A model generated the notes under the pieces. The model was given only the letters and a program-made list of their open reading frames with translations. It did no database searches and was not told the DNA's origin. A stretch of DNA of 64,000 nt from Podarcis muralis. Its lineage: Eukaryota. This document shows positions 13,083-25,495 of this stretch, piece after piece. A program made the position numbers and the translations under genes. Numbering within the stretch: the first letter of the stretch is position 1; each line of letters opens with the position of its first letter. Location: the NCBI RefSeq assembly GCF_964188315.1, contig NC_135657.1, positions 36,208,001 to 36,272,000 of the forward strand. Reading direction: 5' to 3'.

Positions 13083-13308
13083 CAGTGGTAACTCGGGTAA
13101 CAGACGCTTCAGGTTACAGACTCCGCTAACCCAGAAATAGTACCTCAGGTTAAGAACTTTGCTTCAGGATGAGAACAGAAATCATGTGGCAGCGGTGCGG
13201 CGGCAGCAAGAGGCCCCTTTAGCTAAAGTGGTACCTCAGGTTAAAAACAGTTCCAGGTTAAGAACGGAGCTCCAGAACAAATTAAGTTCTTAACCCGAGG
13301 TACCACTG
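13083..13308. mobile_element. Tigger/pogo-type Tc1-mariner MITE
   Basis: TIRs CAGTGGTA(A/C)CTCGGGT, TA flanks on both sides. Same family as the 32315 and 35745 copies. Confidence 0.85.
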
Positions 13309-13310
13309 TA

Positions 13311-13312
<2 letters not shown>

Positions 13313-13352
<40 letters not shown>
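13313..13352. repeat. (AT)n microsatellite between the MITE and the Penelope element
   Basis: Read directly, about 20 units. Confidence 0.95.
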
Positions 13353-13355
<3 letters not shown>

Positions 13356-14486
13356 GGTTTTGGTGTCCTCGGGTGTCTTCCCGTGTAAAAGTTGGGGTGT
13401 CTAGGCGACGTTTCGACGAGGTCTCACTCGTCATCTTCAGGCTGGTGCTTTCGGCTTCTTGTTACTGGAACAGAGCAGGATCTCAGTGTTTGAGTTCCTA
13501 TAAATACTGTTGAGGAGGTGTGGTGTATAGCCTCCAATGTTCTGGGCAGAGAGGAAGTTCCCAGGCTAGTGTGCCTTTTCTTCTTTTGTTCCTTAATTGC
13601 TTGAGGAATATCTTGAGTGATTTCTTGAGTGATATCCTGAGTACCACTTAGGTGGGTCATTAGGTGTGGATTAGTTGCTAAAGCCTTTGTGTCTTGACCT
13701 CTTGAACTTTGTGAAGAGTTTTTCTGAGAAGAAACCCCTCTTAGTTGTGCTCTGGCTTGGCTTCGTGTATAGGGGCGAGCTGTGGTTTTGTGGTCTGTGC
13801 CAGCCAGATCTGTGTAGGGATTGCAGGGGGGTGCAGCATCCGGAGGTGCCACCATGGTTTGGCTACTGGATGGTGTCTGTAATTTATCTGTGGAGAGGGT
13901 CTGGGTTTGGGTCTGGTGTGGTTGATTGGTGATGGCGTTCTGTGTGCCTCTGGATCTGGTGTCAGTTTTTGTGGGGAGGGCTAATTTCCAGATGTCTGGC
14001 AAGCGGGATGTGTCGTCACGCTTGTTCATGTTGTGAGGGTGTTTCTCTATCTCGATGGCTTCCATGATTATTCTCTTGTGGTGATGTTCCATGTTAGAGA
14101 GCAATTTGGAATCTGCAAAATTAATTTCGTGTCCTGTTTCTTTCATGTGTTGGAAAAGAGAGGAAGTTTTTTCTTCTTTTTTGACGGCATTCTTGTGTTC
14201 TGCGATACGTGCATTTATTCGTCTGTTTGTTTGTCCAATGTACGTGGCTGGGCAGACTTTGCAGGGTATTTCATAGACCCCTTGGTTTTCCAACTGGATT
14301 TTATCCTTGGGGTTTCTGAGGATATTGGCTATTTTTTGGTTGGCGCAAAAGGCTGTTTTGATATTGTGTTTATGGAGGATTTTGCTAATTTTATCTGTAG
14401 TGCCCTTGATATAAGGAAGGAGGGCCATGCCATTGTTTTCTTCTGTGTCTTGGTTTTTGGGGGGTGTTTCTTTTTGGATTTTTGAA
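13353..14486 (-). mobile_element. 5'-truncated Penelope-like element (PLE)
   Basis: GIY-YIG endonuclease ORF and a pLTR-type end carrying a hammerhead core. Abuts an (AT)n tract. Confidence 0.9.
13401..13447 (-). ncRNA. Minimal type-I hammerhead ribozyme motif in the PLE pLTR
   Basis: Minus strand reads CAGC-CUGAAGA-U-GACGAG-UGAGAC-CUCGUC-GAAA-CGUC-GC: conserved core, 6-bp stem II, palindromic ACGU stem III. Stem I is only about 2 bp. Confidence 0.6.
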
Positions 14487-14494
14487 AGCAGCAA
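13424..14494 (-). CDS. Partial PLE polyprotein: linker, GIY-YIG endonuclease and long low-complexity C-terminal tail (RT absent through truncation)
   Basis: LPYIKGTTDKISKIL linker; GVYEIPCKVC-PATYIGQTNR...RIAEH; MEAIEI; NKRDD motifs. No stop in 356 codons. The first few residues are probably flanking DNA and the start is not a true ATG. Confidence 0.85.
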   Translation of the reverse strand: MLLSKIQKETPPKNQDTEENNGMALLPYIKGTTDKISKILHKHNIKTAFCANQKIANILRNPKDKIQLENQGVYEIPCKVCPATYIGQTNRRINARIAEHKNAVKKEEKTSSLFQHMKETGHEINFADSKLLSNMEHHHKRIIMEAIEIEKHPHNMNKRDDTSRLPDIWKLALPTKTDTRSRGTQNAITNQPHQTQTQTLSTDKLQTPSSSQTMVAPPDAAPPCNPYTDLAGTDHKTTARPYTRSQARAQLRGVSSQKNSSQSSRGQDTKALATNPHLMTHLSGTQDITQEITQDIPQAIKEQKKKRHTSLGTSSLPRTLEAIHHTSSTVFIGTQTLRSCSVPVTRSRKHQPEDDE

Positions 14495-15037
14495 TTTTAA
14501 CTGGTTTAATCAACCCAAGCTAAGTGCCAGTGAATTCACTCATACTGAGGGCCAGTTGTGAAGCTTCTGGCGCTTGCCATATCAATCACTTCTCCCTGAT
14601 CAACCCAGGGATACTCACAGCACAATCCTATTCACTTAAGTAAGTCCCACTGTGTTCAATGGAACGTAATCCCTAGTAAATATGTTCAGGGGATAGCAAC
14701 CCAATTCTGTTTTCATTATACTTTCTCCAGCTGAACCTGAAAAAGTTAGGCTTTCCTCAATACTGCCCTCAATCCATACGTAAAATGTGAAGGCCGTTTG
14801 TAGAAAAGCACAGCCTAGAGTACTTTCATTCCTCGCGCTGCATCCCTGCCAGCATCATGTCACCAGGATCCGTTTTGGCAAAACTGCAAAGCTTTTTGCA
14901 CTCTTAGTGTACTACTAGGATTAAGGGGGGTGCCATACTAGCAAGAAAAGCAAGAAATGGAAACATGTGGGAGGAGACACAATTTCAGAAAATCTCATAG
15001 TTCTTATGATGAAACTGGGGATACAGAGCTAACTAAA

Positions 15038-15392
15038 TGCATGGGTGGCACTGTGGGTTAAACCACAGAGCCTAGGACTTGCCGATCAGAAGGTTGGCGG
15101 TTCGAATCCCCGCGACGGGGTGAGCTCCTGTTGCTCGGTCCCTGCTCCTGCCAACCTAGCAGTTTGAAAGCATGCCAGTGCAAGTAGATAAATAGGTACC
15201 GCTCTGGCGGGAAGGTAAACGGCGTTTCCATGTGCTGCTCTGGTTTGCCAGAAGCGGCTTAGTCATGCTGGCCACATGACCCAGAAGCTGCACGCCGGCT
15301 CCCTCAGCCAGTAAAGCGAGATGAGCGCCACAACCCCAGAGTTGGCCACAACTGGACCTAATGGACCTGGACCTGGACCTGGACCTACCTTA
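15038..15392 (+). mobile_element. Sauria SINE (Squam1)
   Basis: tRNA-like head GGTGGCACTGTGGGTTAAACC with B box GGTTCGAATCC, typical body, and (ACCTGG)n/ACCTT tail. Confidence 0.9.
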
Positions 15393-17564
15393 CCCAACCT
15401 GAGGTTTCAGGAACTGGCAGACTACAAATAGCATACATTTAAATATATAATATTGCATGATCTGCACACACAAAAGGGGGAAAAATAACAACTTGTGGCT
15501 CTGTGAGGAGGATTCTGTGAGAGAGGTTCTCCTCTCAAGACCCTTAAACTACAGTTCCCAGAATTCTTTTGGAGAAGCCACTGCTGCCTGCAGTGATATG
15601 ATACTGTTTTACACATATTGTGTAGCTGGGGCCCAAGCGTTTGCAGCAGAGGAATCTCTGCCGTGTTGCCCAGGGGCTGGGTTTTCTCAGTCTGTCATTT
15701 AAACAGCACGTGCTGTCTTCAGAGTAAAAAAGATACTGCAATGCAAACACTCTCTGTCTATGGGAAAATGTCACTTACACTTGACCTAAACCATGTGCAA
15801 CACTTCAGTATCTAGAAGGATGCTTCATAAGTGCCTGCTGTCATGCCACAGATGTTTGTGATTAATGCAAAGCATGTATGTTGCATTTCAGGTCTCACAA
15901 TCCTTACTGTGATTCGCTCGACAGCTGGTAATAATCAGCATCTGTCAGATGCTTTAACAAGAATGGCCATGAAGAGAACGAAAATATAAAATGAGGGTAA
16001 CCTCTCCTCTATGCTTAAAACTCATGCCTTCCACCCAGGGAATCCCAGGGATATGTAGCTTGGGGGCAGGCTGAGAATTCTGTTGGAAATCCCTGGCCAT
16101 CTGAACAAGCTACTAATACAAACGATTCCTAGGAAGAAACCATGACATGCAAGTCAGTATATAGGTTAAAACTTCAATCATCAGGTTTACAGCAGGGACT
16201 CTGTAAATGTGTTTCAGGGGATAGACATTCCCGGACTCTAACTCCCATCAGCCCTAGCCAAAATAGTCAATGGTCAGGGAGAATGGGATTGGTAGTTCAG
16301 CAACACCTGGGGGGCCACAGGTTTCCCCAATCAGAAAAAGGTGTCATCTAGGAAATTGGCTTGTCTAATCTCCAGACAGATCCCATCTGGCCTACCACTT
16401 GATTTTTACAAACACAAAATTATTTCCTATGAATTACTATAACAAGGCCCGAATTAAACACACACAAAATGAAGGTGGGGGAATCTTTATGTGGAAAAAC
16501 TGCAAGCGGAGACACCATTTATAGTAATTCATGCAACTAAAGAGCACAATTTTTAAAAAATACACAGCAAACCGGACGTGCAATAACTGGTTAACGGCTC
16601 CCTAATCACAAAGAGTTTCCTCTGCTACACATTTTTCCTATTTACCCAATGGCTTCTGGTTTTCATCTAGCTTGCCTAATGGAAGCCTGGGGTGGGGAAG
16701 AGAGCTGGGCCTAAACTCATCCAGCAGATGCACAGCACTGAGACCTCAAAACACACACCAGCCTGCTTTCTGGAACACTTGGAGAAAAGACATTGCAGCA
16801 GATCCCTTGTCCCCACATGCCGAGAACTTTGGAGATACTACAATAGCAAACATATTCCAGCTGCCCGGAGCAAATGCCAGGGAAGGATTCTGTGCTGTCA
16901 AAGGAGAGAAACATTGATGGAGGTTCCTAATAAGATGAGGTTGAAATAACAAGACTTGAATAACTTTTCTTGTGACTTTTGTTATGCAGAAGGCTGCATA
17001 AAAAAACCATGTTAAAATGTTTGACCTTCCCGGATTAGGAGGTATTTTCATAAACAGAACCAAAAGATAACACACATCCAGAAGCTATGGCTGAGATGTT
17101 GAGGGGAGGGTGTTGAATACTAGTCCATGAAATAAAATAGAATGTTAAGCATGGTGGTGGGGAAACTGGTCCAAGCCCCAAGCTTGGACAACAGACTCAA
17201 AGTGTGACAATTAGGCACGGTGCATCTCCTTGGACCACATAATTGTGGCACACACCACTTAAGAAAAGGTGGCATCCAAGCCCATGTCTTCCATGTCACG
17301 GAAAAATGGGGACTTCAGGAAGGATCAGTTAGTGGTAGGAGACACTTGCCTCTTACTCTAATGGCTGGTTTTCTTTGTAAGGTTGCAGATGCTGCCCCAA
17401 GCCCTACCTCCAGAAAGACCTCAGTCTCAGAAGCCAGCCCAGGTTGGGGGCGGGGTGCCATGGGGCAGGCATCTGCAGAGAATTCATGGGTGGAGTTAAG
17501 CACCTTTCCCTCTTTCCCACCAAACCTCCTGCAGACAGCAAGATAACATAAGCTCCACCTCCAC

Positions 17565-17720
17565 TGTCAGAGGCAGTGAATACCAGCTGCTGGGGATCTA
17601 AAGTGGGGAGGGGGTTGTTGCATTCAGGTTCAGCTTGTGGGCTTCTAAGTGACATCTGGTTGTGACAACAGGATGTTGAGTTAGGTGAGGCTTTGGTTTG
17701 ATGCAGCAAGGATCTTCTTA
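17565..17720 (+). mobile_element. Degraded CR1-type tail repeat (…CCTGATCCAGCAGGCTCTTCTTATG family)
   Basis: Similar to copies at 34925-35165 (-), 52395-52545 (+), 57425-57910 (-) and 60080-60180 (-). Confidence 0.5.
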
Positions 17721-18470
17721 ACCTCTAGTTTGGCCCTCAGAGATACAGGGTCAAGTTGGGAAAGTGGGCGCAGCTTCCCGGTAGCCTCACAGTTTCCATA
17801 ATTGGTGAAGGACCTCTGAGAACATCCACAGATAAACAAATATTATAGTGCAGCACTGAGGGAAACCATCAACATCTTCAGGGAAACTCCCCTCCACTTT
17901 CTAAATCACCTCATTGCTGGCTCATGCACAGTGGAGATGGCCGTGGCACCAGCTGGTGGTGGTCTTGAGAACACCCAGATGTTCTGTCACTCAAAGGACC
18001 CCCTCAGAAGCCTTTGTTCTGAGGAAGGAGATGAAAGTGTAGATAAATTTATTTTTCTACATTTAATTATTCCTGCCAGAGTGAAGAAGAATTGGAACTG
18101 GTAACCTCAGAGCTTCCTCCCAGCTCCTGGGAGTTGCCATAATTAAAGCAATCTGCATTTAAATTTGGCTTGCAGCAGTCTGCCATTTAAGAGTCGAAAC
18201 AGATTTTGGGATGGAACATTCTTTCATGGGGCACAGGGCTCGGTTTTTGCAAACGGAGCCTGGGTAATAACCGAAAATAATCATCATTAGCTTTGTTTGT
18301 GCCACTCTAAAAGAAAGAGAGCAGGAAAGGTCATCATGATGCAAGGCCTCCAGAGGTGGGTGGGGCCGCAGGCTCATTTGGAGAAAATGTGCAATTTCTC
18401 TGCACACAAGCCCTGTACAGCCCCCTTCCACCCCATGAGAGCACAACCAAGCAATTCTACCTCAGAAATG

Positions 18471-18710
18471 TCAGGGCTTTAGAAGAAGGCCCCTCTCTCA
18501 AACATCACACACAAACCATTGGCAGAAAGGCTTGGCAGATGTGCCAGTACACGTCTTCCTATCAGAGACGTCAACAAATCCACTCAACCTGCTCAGATCT
18601 GCTGCCCAGCTGCTCACTGTCAACAGGCAACTTTAAAAACTATAAAAAGGAAGCCCAGAGATCTTGGACCGATCTTGGACTGGACGGCCCTTCAATTAGA
18701 TGGCTTTCTT
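18471..18710 (-). other. Candidate exon of the minus-strand gene
   Basis: Strong acceptor CTATTTTTCCTACTTTACAG (AG at 18711-18712). One frame reads EESHLIEGPSSPRSVQDLWASFL*. The 3' end is uncertain, with possible donors near 18587 or 18471. Confidence 0.25.
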
Positions 18711-19255
18711 CTGTAAAGTAGGAAAAATAGCCACCCTCTGTGCTGCTCAAACAGCTTTCAATTTCTGACCTGGGCAATTAAAGCTATCTATGAGTGATGG
18801 TGGCAGAATAGCTTTTCAAAATGTCTATTGTACTAAGTTTGGATGTTATTACAGATAAATCCACTGGGATTGAAACATAACATTTAAGGCAAAATAACAT
18901 GAATCTGAGACGTAAATCCTGCCCTCAGATTCCCCTTTGGTCAGGAAGACACAAGCCATAATGTAATTCTTCACTGTCTACACAGAGCACATGGATTTTG
19001 TCTCAGCAAGTTCTGGAAGAGCCCTGGTTTATTCTCATGTGCAGAACAGAAGCAAGCTTCACAGCTGTCTAAATAGGCATCTGTTGTTAGCATTCTTTCC
19101 TTTGTTTTACTGCGGGATAAACTGCAGAGGAAAATCACCAGCAGAATCCCAGGTTAACAGCAGGATTAATATGGCTCTTGCACAGGTAATGGCTAAACAC
19201 AAGCAAATACAGGGTGCTTTTCTCATTTATGTTGCATTGTTCTGGAAGAGCTGCA

Positions 19256-19393
19256 CTGATTTGTGGCAGTAGAAATGCAATCAAATAGTGGCTGTTCCAC
19301 TGGAATTGGTGAAGCTGGTCGTAAAGTAGTCCAGCTTCACCAATTCCGGTGGAACAGCCACTATTTGATTGCATTTCTACTGCCACAAATCAG
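19256..19393. repeat. Near-perfect inverted repeat: 63-bp arms, 12-nt loop, 1 mismatch
   Basis: Arms 19256-19318 and 19331-19393 are reverse complements except one position. Confidence 0.95.
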
Positions 19394-21639
19394 CATGTTG
19401 TACAAACACAGGAGGAATGAAACTGGGCATAAGAAAGGCCTTCGGGCAAAATGCTGAATGCCAAGATAGAGTAGCAACCTATTCATGTGTCCGCTTTTTA
19501 ATATTGGTTCCAAAACTAAAGATCCTGGTTCTCAGGTGAAATCTTTCCAACCAATGAACTGAATTGCTCGTTGTATGCAGACCCCACTACTAGCAGCCCA
19601 AGACACACTTTACATACAAGGGTGTGTGATGAAATCCCAATGGCTCTTGAAAACGATGCACTTAACCCTTTTCTGCTTCTGGTCATTTTCATTACCTCTC
19701 AATGAAATCTCCTAACAGAAAATCAGATAAAAAGGAAGTCTGAAGTATAATCACAGTTAAATGAACGCCATTAAAATTACAAATAGGATATAGTTCTGTT
19801 GTGAGATACACACAGCACCAGAAGGTAGGCAAAGGGTATGTCCAAGGGACTGGACCTCAAGAAGAATCTTTGTGTTGAAGGTCTATCTAGAGGGTTGGAG
19901 AGTTACAGGGCATGTGGGCTAGACCCGCCCACCACCTTCCTCCGAATACCTGCTGGGCACTCATTGGAAAGAAATATCTGCACACACAAGGAAGGCCCCT
20001 GATTGGGCAGGCATGTGTCAGGAGAGCACGACAGCAATGAATAACAACAGCAGTAGGCAGAGCAACCCATGCAGTCCTATCCACACATTTTTTTCAAGAC
20101 ATGGAAGGGTTTGTGTGTGCGCGCGCACTTACACACCACACAAATAGCAACATTTTGGACTATTTACTCTAATCCAAAGTATTTTTGTCTTGAGTCTTTG
20201 CTGCAATTCAATCCTCCCTAATAAACAGAGAGATAGAACGAAACATCAACACTAAACCATGAGCCTCATCATCGCAAAGCACAGTGACACATTGCAACGG
20301 CTGAAGCCATTCTCATCTCTGCATGCCATACTACGGGCAGTTGCACATTCCAGTTTGATGCTATTCGTGCTTCGTTTGACTTTGGCTTCTGCAGCTCACA
20401 GGAATGCCTAATAGCTGGGGACAGAGCTGGGAGTTGTCCATATGTGGAAAAGTCAGCCTGTGGGCTAGCCATTGGTCACCCCATTGAACATGCTTGTCAA
20501 AGGTTTGCCTAGCAGCAGCAACTGGATCGTCCTTTGTATCCCAATAATCACCCTACTAGTCAGAGCCTGATAACCAACAATAAAAGTGCCTCTGCACAAC
20601 CACATTCTTCTCTTACTCAGAAACGAGGCTCGGGCAGCATATCAGATGTACATTGACCCTAAATATACTCTCTTGTACTCTCTCTGTGGGGCTCAGTTAC
20701 AGCAGTTGCTTGGCTCTGAAGGATTAATTTGCCTTTGAACCCAACCTCGCCCATTGTGATCACATTACCATAGCAACACTTTCCTGCAACACCCCAAACA
20801 TGACCCACCCAAGGTGATGCCATATTCCACTTGTTCCAGACACACACACACACACACAGGCAAGCAAATCCATGTTGGCTAGGAGCAGATTAGTAGCCAA
20901 AACAGTTCGCAACCACTATGGTGGTATGTTGCAATATTAGCATTAAAAATAACGTGGTCACAACTTGCACCAAATGAAACCCTCATCTCCAGGAATCTGG
21001 CTCTGAAACACAAGGAGTGGAAGGCATCCAGCTTCAGGAAAATGTGGTATATCTATTTACCGCTGAAACTAGTTCCCAAAAGACAAGAGTGTGTGCTCTT
21101 GTGAGCCACTTCCCTTCCCCTGAGAACTGGGTATTTGCATTATAACAGTTAAGAAAGAAAAATGAAGACTTCCTATTTATGCATTATTTAACAACAACAA
21201 GGTTTCCCACAAGGATTTTTTAAAGGAGGATTTCCTTACAGTACTAATTTTTAAATCAGTCTGTGCTGCAAACACATGAACTATTCTCAAAGGTGAAACC
21301 TGTATGTCACACAGTGTCCATTTCCACATTGATGCAGTTTAGATCAGAAGCTACACTCACTGCTTCCCATGTCAACTTCTGCAGTCTTGCTGACTGAATG
21401 CCTCACCCTTTTCTTTGGCCTAGGAAACTGGGAAATCATTAGGGCTGCTTAAAGTGATTGGACTATGACTATGTGAAACAAAGCCACAGAGAAGCTTCTG
21501 TGCTTTCAGGTTGCCTCATGAACTACTAGCTCAAGGCTGCAGCATCAGCAAGCCAGAAGAAGAAGTTGACTTATTGAAGGAACTCCCAAAGTATAGAAGG
21601 AGGTGGATGCAAAGCCCAGTAACTTCAGCTGCAACAGTG

Positions 21640-21805
21640 GAGCATCTAAACAGACTTCCACGAGAAGTGGTGGACTCTCCTTCCTTGGGGTTTTTTTTTA
21701 GCAGAGGTTAGATGGCCATCTGTCATGTATGATCTAGTTGAGATCATTGCAGGGGATTTGACTCTCAAAGTCCCCTTCCAAGACTACAATTCTATGCTTC
21801 TAAAC
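21640..21805 (+). mobile_element. CR1 LINE 3' end, degraded
   Basis: GAAGTGGTGGACTCTCCTTCC...GAGGTTAGATGGCCATCTG...ATTCTATG, the CR1 3' UTR pattern. Confidence 0.75.
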
Positions 21806-22764
21806 CCAAAACAAATACATTTCTGACGGTCGTAGAAACCCCAACATATATCCACGACAATACCATGGTGCTACTTGCAGTTGCAGTATGAAGGAACAAG
21901 TGAATTGGGAGAATTCAACGAGGCAGGAGAGCATCTGTTTACAAGAAGGTCACCATAACTGGAAAATATTCCACCCATGCAGGCAGCTCACAGCACGCAA
22001 TGCATGTGATCTATCAGGGAGGGCATTTATGAGGTCCACTGGTCCCACAACTAGGAAGCAGCCTATGTATGATAGCAGTATTATCTTGGGTAAATAAAAG
22101 AATATTTCTGGTACTGGGCTCTTTGAAGAAATAAAAGGAGCCACTGGCCCTTTCCTGGCTCTGGCAGTGCCTGCGTTACTCAAGCTATACCTCTGTAGCT
22201 TGGCTCCTCTCTCTGGTACTGGCTTTGCAAGGATCTCTGTTTCAATTGCCCCCAGACATGCAGCAATGCCAGGTCTAACCACAGAAAGAAATGAAGGAAA
22301 ATACAAATGGAAAACAGAGAGGGGTTAAAGAAACCACAGGTAAGAACACTGTACTTGGCGGTACAAATAACAAGGAAATGCAGCCCCGCAAGAAATGTTC
22401 TGGATTACCCAGAGTAATAAAGCTGCTCAATGAGGAAAACAGGGCACTGCTAGAGAATGGGGAGCTTACAGTTTCTCCATTATTAAACGCAGGGCAAACT
22501 CTGTTCTTTGTAACCATATAAAGTCAAACTGAATTGCTCATCCAGCCAGGCATTTAAATATATGCATTTGCATGACTTCACTTTATAAAAACTGACTAAA
22601 GAAGAAAGCATATAGTACTGATACAACAACACAACTACTCTGGTTTGGAGCATCAAATTATTGTCACAATGAAAACTTCACGGTTTTGAATGTGCAGGCA
22701 ACAGCTTTGCCCTCTCCCCATCCACAGATCTATGTAAACCTATTGTTTGGGGAAGCCCGGTTTA

Positions 22765-22868
22765 GGAAAGTTTTTAATGTCTGATATTTTAATGTATTTT
22801 TAATCTTTGTTGGAAGCCACCCAGAGTGGCTGGGGAACCCCAGCCAGATGGGCAGGGTACAAATATTA

Positions 22869-22912
<44 letters not shown>
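22765..22912 (+). mobile_element. L2 LINE 3' end with (TTA)n tail
   Basis: GCCACCCAGAGTGGCTGGGGAACCCCAGCCAGATGGGCAGGGTACAAAT followed by a TAT repeat. Same end as the longer 55236 copy, which encodes L2 motifs. Confidence 0.8.
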
Positions 22913-22913
<1 letters not shown>

Positions 22914-25168
22914 GGAGTTGGAGCAACACGGATTCAAAACCCCCAGCAATGGCTGTATAGCACCAGACCCAGCTATAATTCCCCCCGTGCATAGCGTGTT
23001 TCACATTATCACACAGAGACCAGGTGTGCCACAAGTCTCCATTGAACAACAAGCAGTCTTCATCTGAGGTGCATAACTAAAAAATAGCAATAGAAATAGC
23101 ACAAACAACATGAGAAAGCAACAATCTGCTGAAAATATGGCTATGAGCTTGGGGGAGGGTGTCAGTCTGGATGGAGTCCCCTTCCAGAACCTGTGATCCC
23201 GTATCTGTGAGGGTAGAAAGTACAACAAGGGAAAGCTTGCCAAACCAATTCCTTTGTCAAGGTAATGGCTTTGGCTGGCTAGTTAAGTACCACAATTTAT
23301 GAGTCCATAGAGGTTGCCATAGAAATCAATGGGTGGGCCTTCCGCAGGGAGAAGAATGCTAGCTGGAGTTATGTGTGAGTGAGATGAAAGCAGGCTGCAA
23401 ACTGGAAACACAGAGACATGTTTTGCTCTGTGCTGGACTATGGGGCTCCCCTGGAAACCCAAGGAAAAGCAAAATGTATGGGAATGCCAATGCTGTGAGC
23501 CCCTCCATCCTATGCTCAAGTTGCACATATGTGTAAATAACACCATATATCCTAAAGACACCACAGTCTCTGCTGACCTCCACTCAAAGGAAACTTAGCC
23601 CTGGGTAAATGCAGGAACCCCAGAGTCTTTTGCTGCTCAGAGATGGGATGCATTTCTCAGCTAACTTTCATGTTATGGGACGTAGGCTGCATTCACATGG
23701 CAGTTTACTCCATTCCCCCCAATGTTTCCCTACCCATTAATTTCTGCATTGTATTTGAGCTTTCACATGATGTAAAAGTCACTAATGCAATGCAGTGCGT
23801 GTTTAGCGTGTAATTTTTATTTATTTAGCCTTTCACAAGACATAGGGAGCAAAAGGAAATGTAAAAGCAGAGAAGGACTGGTCACTGCTTTTGGATGTTC
23901 ACCTTTGACTCTGGCATCCACGCAACAACCTTGTATGTAGGTGCCAACCACAGCATAAGACTCAACAGAGAATGATACATTTCACAGTAATCAGACAGAC
24001 TGAAATGTAGACATTTCAGCAAGCGAAATAACATTTCCCCCCCTTAAGCCACCATTTAAAAAAGAATGACAGAACTACTTAGGAATCTGAGCTGTTGGCT
24101 AGGACCAATAAACCTCTAGGCGATGTCCTCAAAGTTTACAGCTGGGCTCCCTGGAGTGGCCCCACCAGTTGCTGGGAGAGGTACATGCTTTTATCTAAGC
24201 ACATATTCGGGCCTAATAAAAAGGAATCAGTAGATTTCATCAAACCCTGCTAGGATTCTACTGGATCAGCCTGTATCTTCAGAAGCATTTTGCTTCTTAA
24301 GGATCCTTCTCCCATCATCTTTAAAGCATCCAACGGGCTTAAGTGACCTCTGTCCTCCCCACCCTTCCATTCTGACCTGCTTGGTCTCATCAGGATAAAA
24401 GACACACCTTTCATGTCAAGAGGGCAGAAGCCTGGTCTACACACTTAGTGAAGTCCAGAGGAAGTAAAATGGATTTGTATGGCTTCAGGATGTGGATGGG
24501 AGACTATATTTTGCCACCTTGGAACATTTAATGCCCTCAAGCACAGGAAAACAAACATAGCATAGGAAGAAAAAATCCCTGCTAAGTAGCACAGCAGGGA
24601 GCAGGCTGAGCATGATCCTTTTCTCACCAGGGGGCTATTTTTTAACTCGCAGGATTTTTTGTACATTGGAGAGCATCCCAAAACCAGCAACATGAATTGG
24701 TACAGTCCACTCAGATTCTATCACCATATTTTGTGGCATGTATGGATCACACTGGAGCCTCCAGTTCAGAATGTGTGGTTGTGGGCTTGAGCTACAAACA
24801 ACTTTCTTTCTTTCTTTTTCTTTCTTTTTTTGGGGGGGGGACTATTGTTTACAGGGCATGCCAAAAAAATAATTGAAGAGTGTCAACAAAACAGAATGAA
24901 GTGAAGTGTAAGGGAGGGATGCATTAAAACAGAACAGTTGGAACCAGCAAGGCAGCAGGATGGGTGCACAGCGTATTCTGGTATACCACCTGCATGGCTT
25001 CTCCTTTCTGTGTGTGGAGTACACACCTGAGGAGCATGTATATGTGTCTCCAGACACCTCACTCCATTTAAGACACCTGGTCAAAGATTCCAAGTTGGGT
25101 CTTGGGCATTCACTTCTCCTAGCCAAAAGAAGGACCTGTTCCCTTATCAACCTGCCTATGCATTAAGG

Positions 25169-25495
25169 CAGGGGTGGGGAAGCTTCAGCTTGAGGGCCAA
25201 ATTCCCTTCTGGGAAATCTTCCCAGGGACAAATGCCAGTGGCAATAGTGAACAGAGCAACACAAGCAAATTTTACACTTTTGCACAGCAAGCTAATTCCT
25301 ACACACTTTCTCTGCCCTCCACCCCGGAAAGCAAGTAACATTTTCAAAGTACAAGGACCCATTCCAGCCAAGCAAAAACACATGGAGGTGGAGGTAGAGT
25401 CAGCAAAGGATGTAGCCTAGGAAGAGTCCCAAGGGCCTGATAGAGAGGCCAGCAGCACCACATTTGGTCCCCAGGGGTGGGGTTCCCCATCCCTG
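25169..25495. mobile_element. hAT non-autonomous element
   Basis: TIRs CAGGGGTGGGGAA / TTCCCCATCCCTG and an 8-bp TSD (C/T)ATTAAGG at 25161-25168 and 25496-25503. Confidence 0.8.

Noticed and set aside
14033-14485. 150-aa ORF antisense to the PLE endonuclease
   Set aside because: Phe/Val/Leu-rich mirror of an A-rich coding strand; a typical shadow ORF.
15038-15120. tRNA-like A/B boxes (also at the heads of the other SINEs)
   Set aside because: They continue into SINE bodies and tails and do not form full cloverleaves, so they are not tRNA genes.
19950-21420. Further minus-strand micro-exon candidates (28 nt near 19950-19977; 13/59 nt near 21360-21420)
   Set aside because: They do not chain into a recognisable protein. 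Such sites are expected by chance at this density.
22789-23067. Poly-Asn and poly-Ile ORFs
   Set aside because: Translations of the (TTA)n tail of an L2 element.
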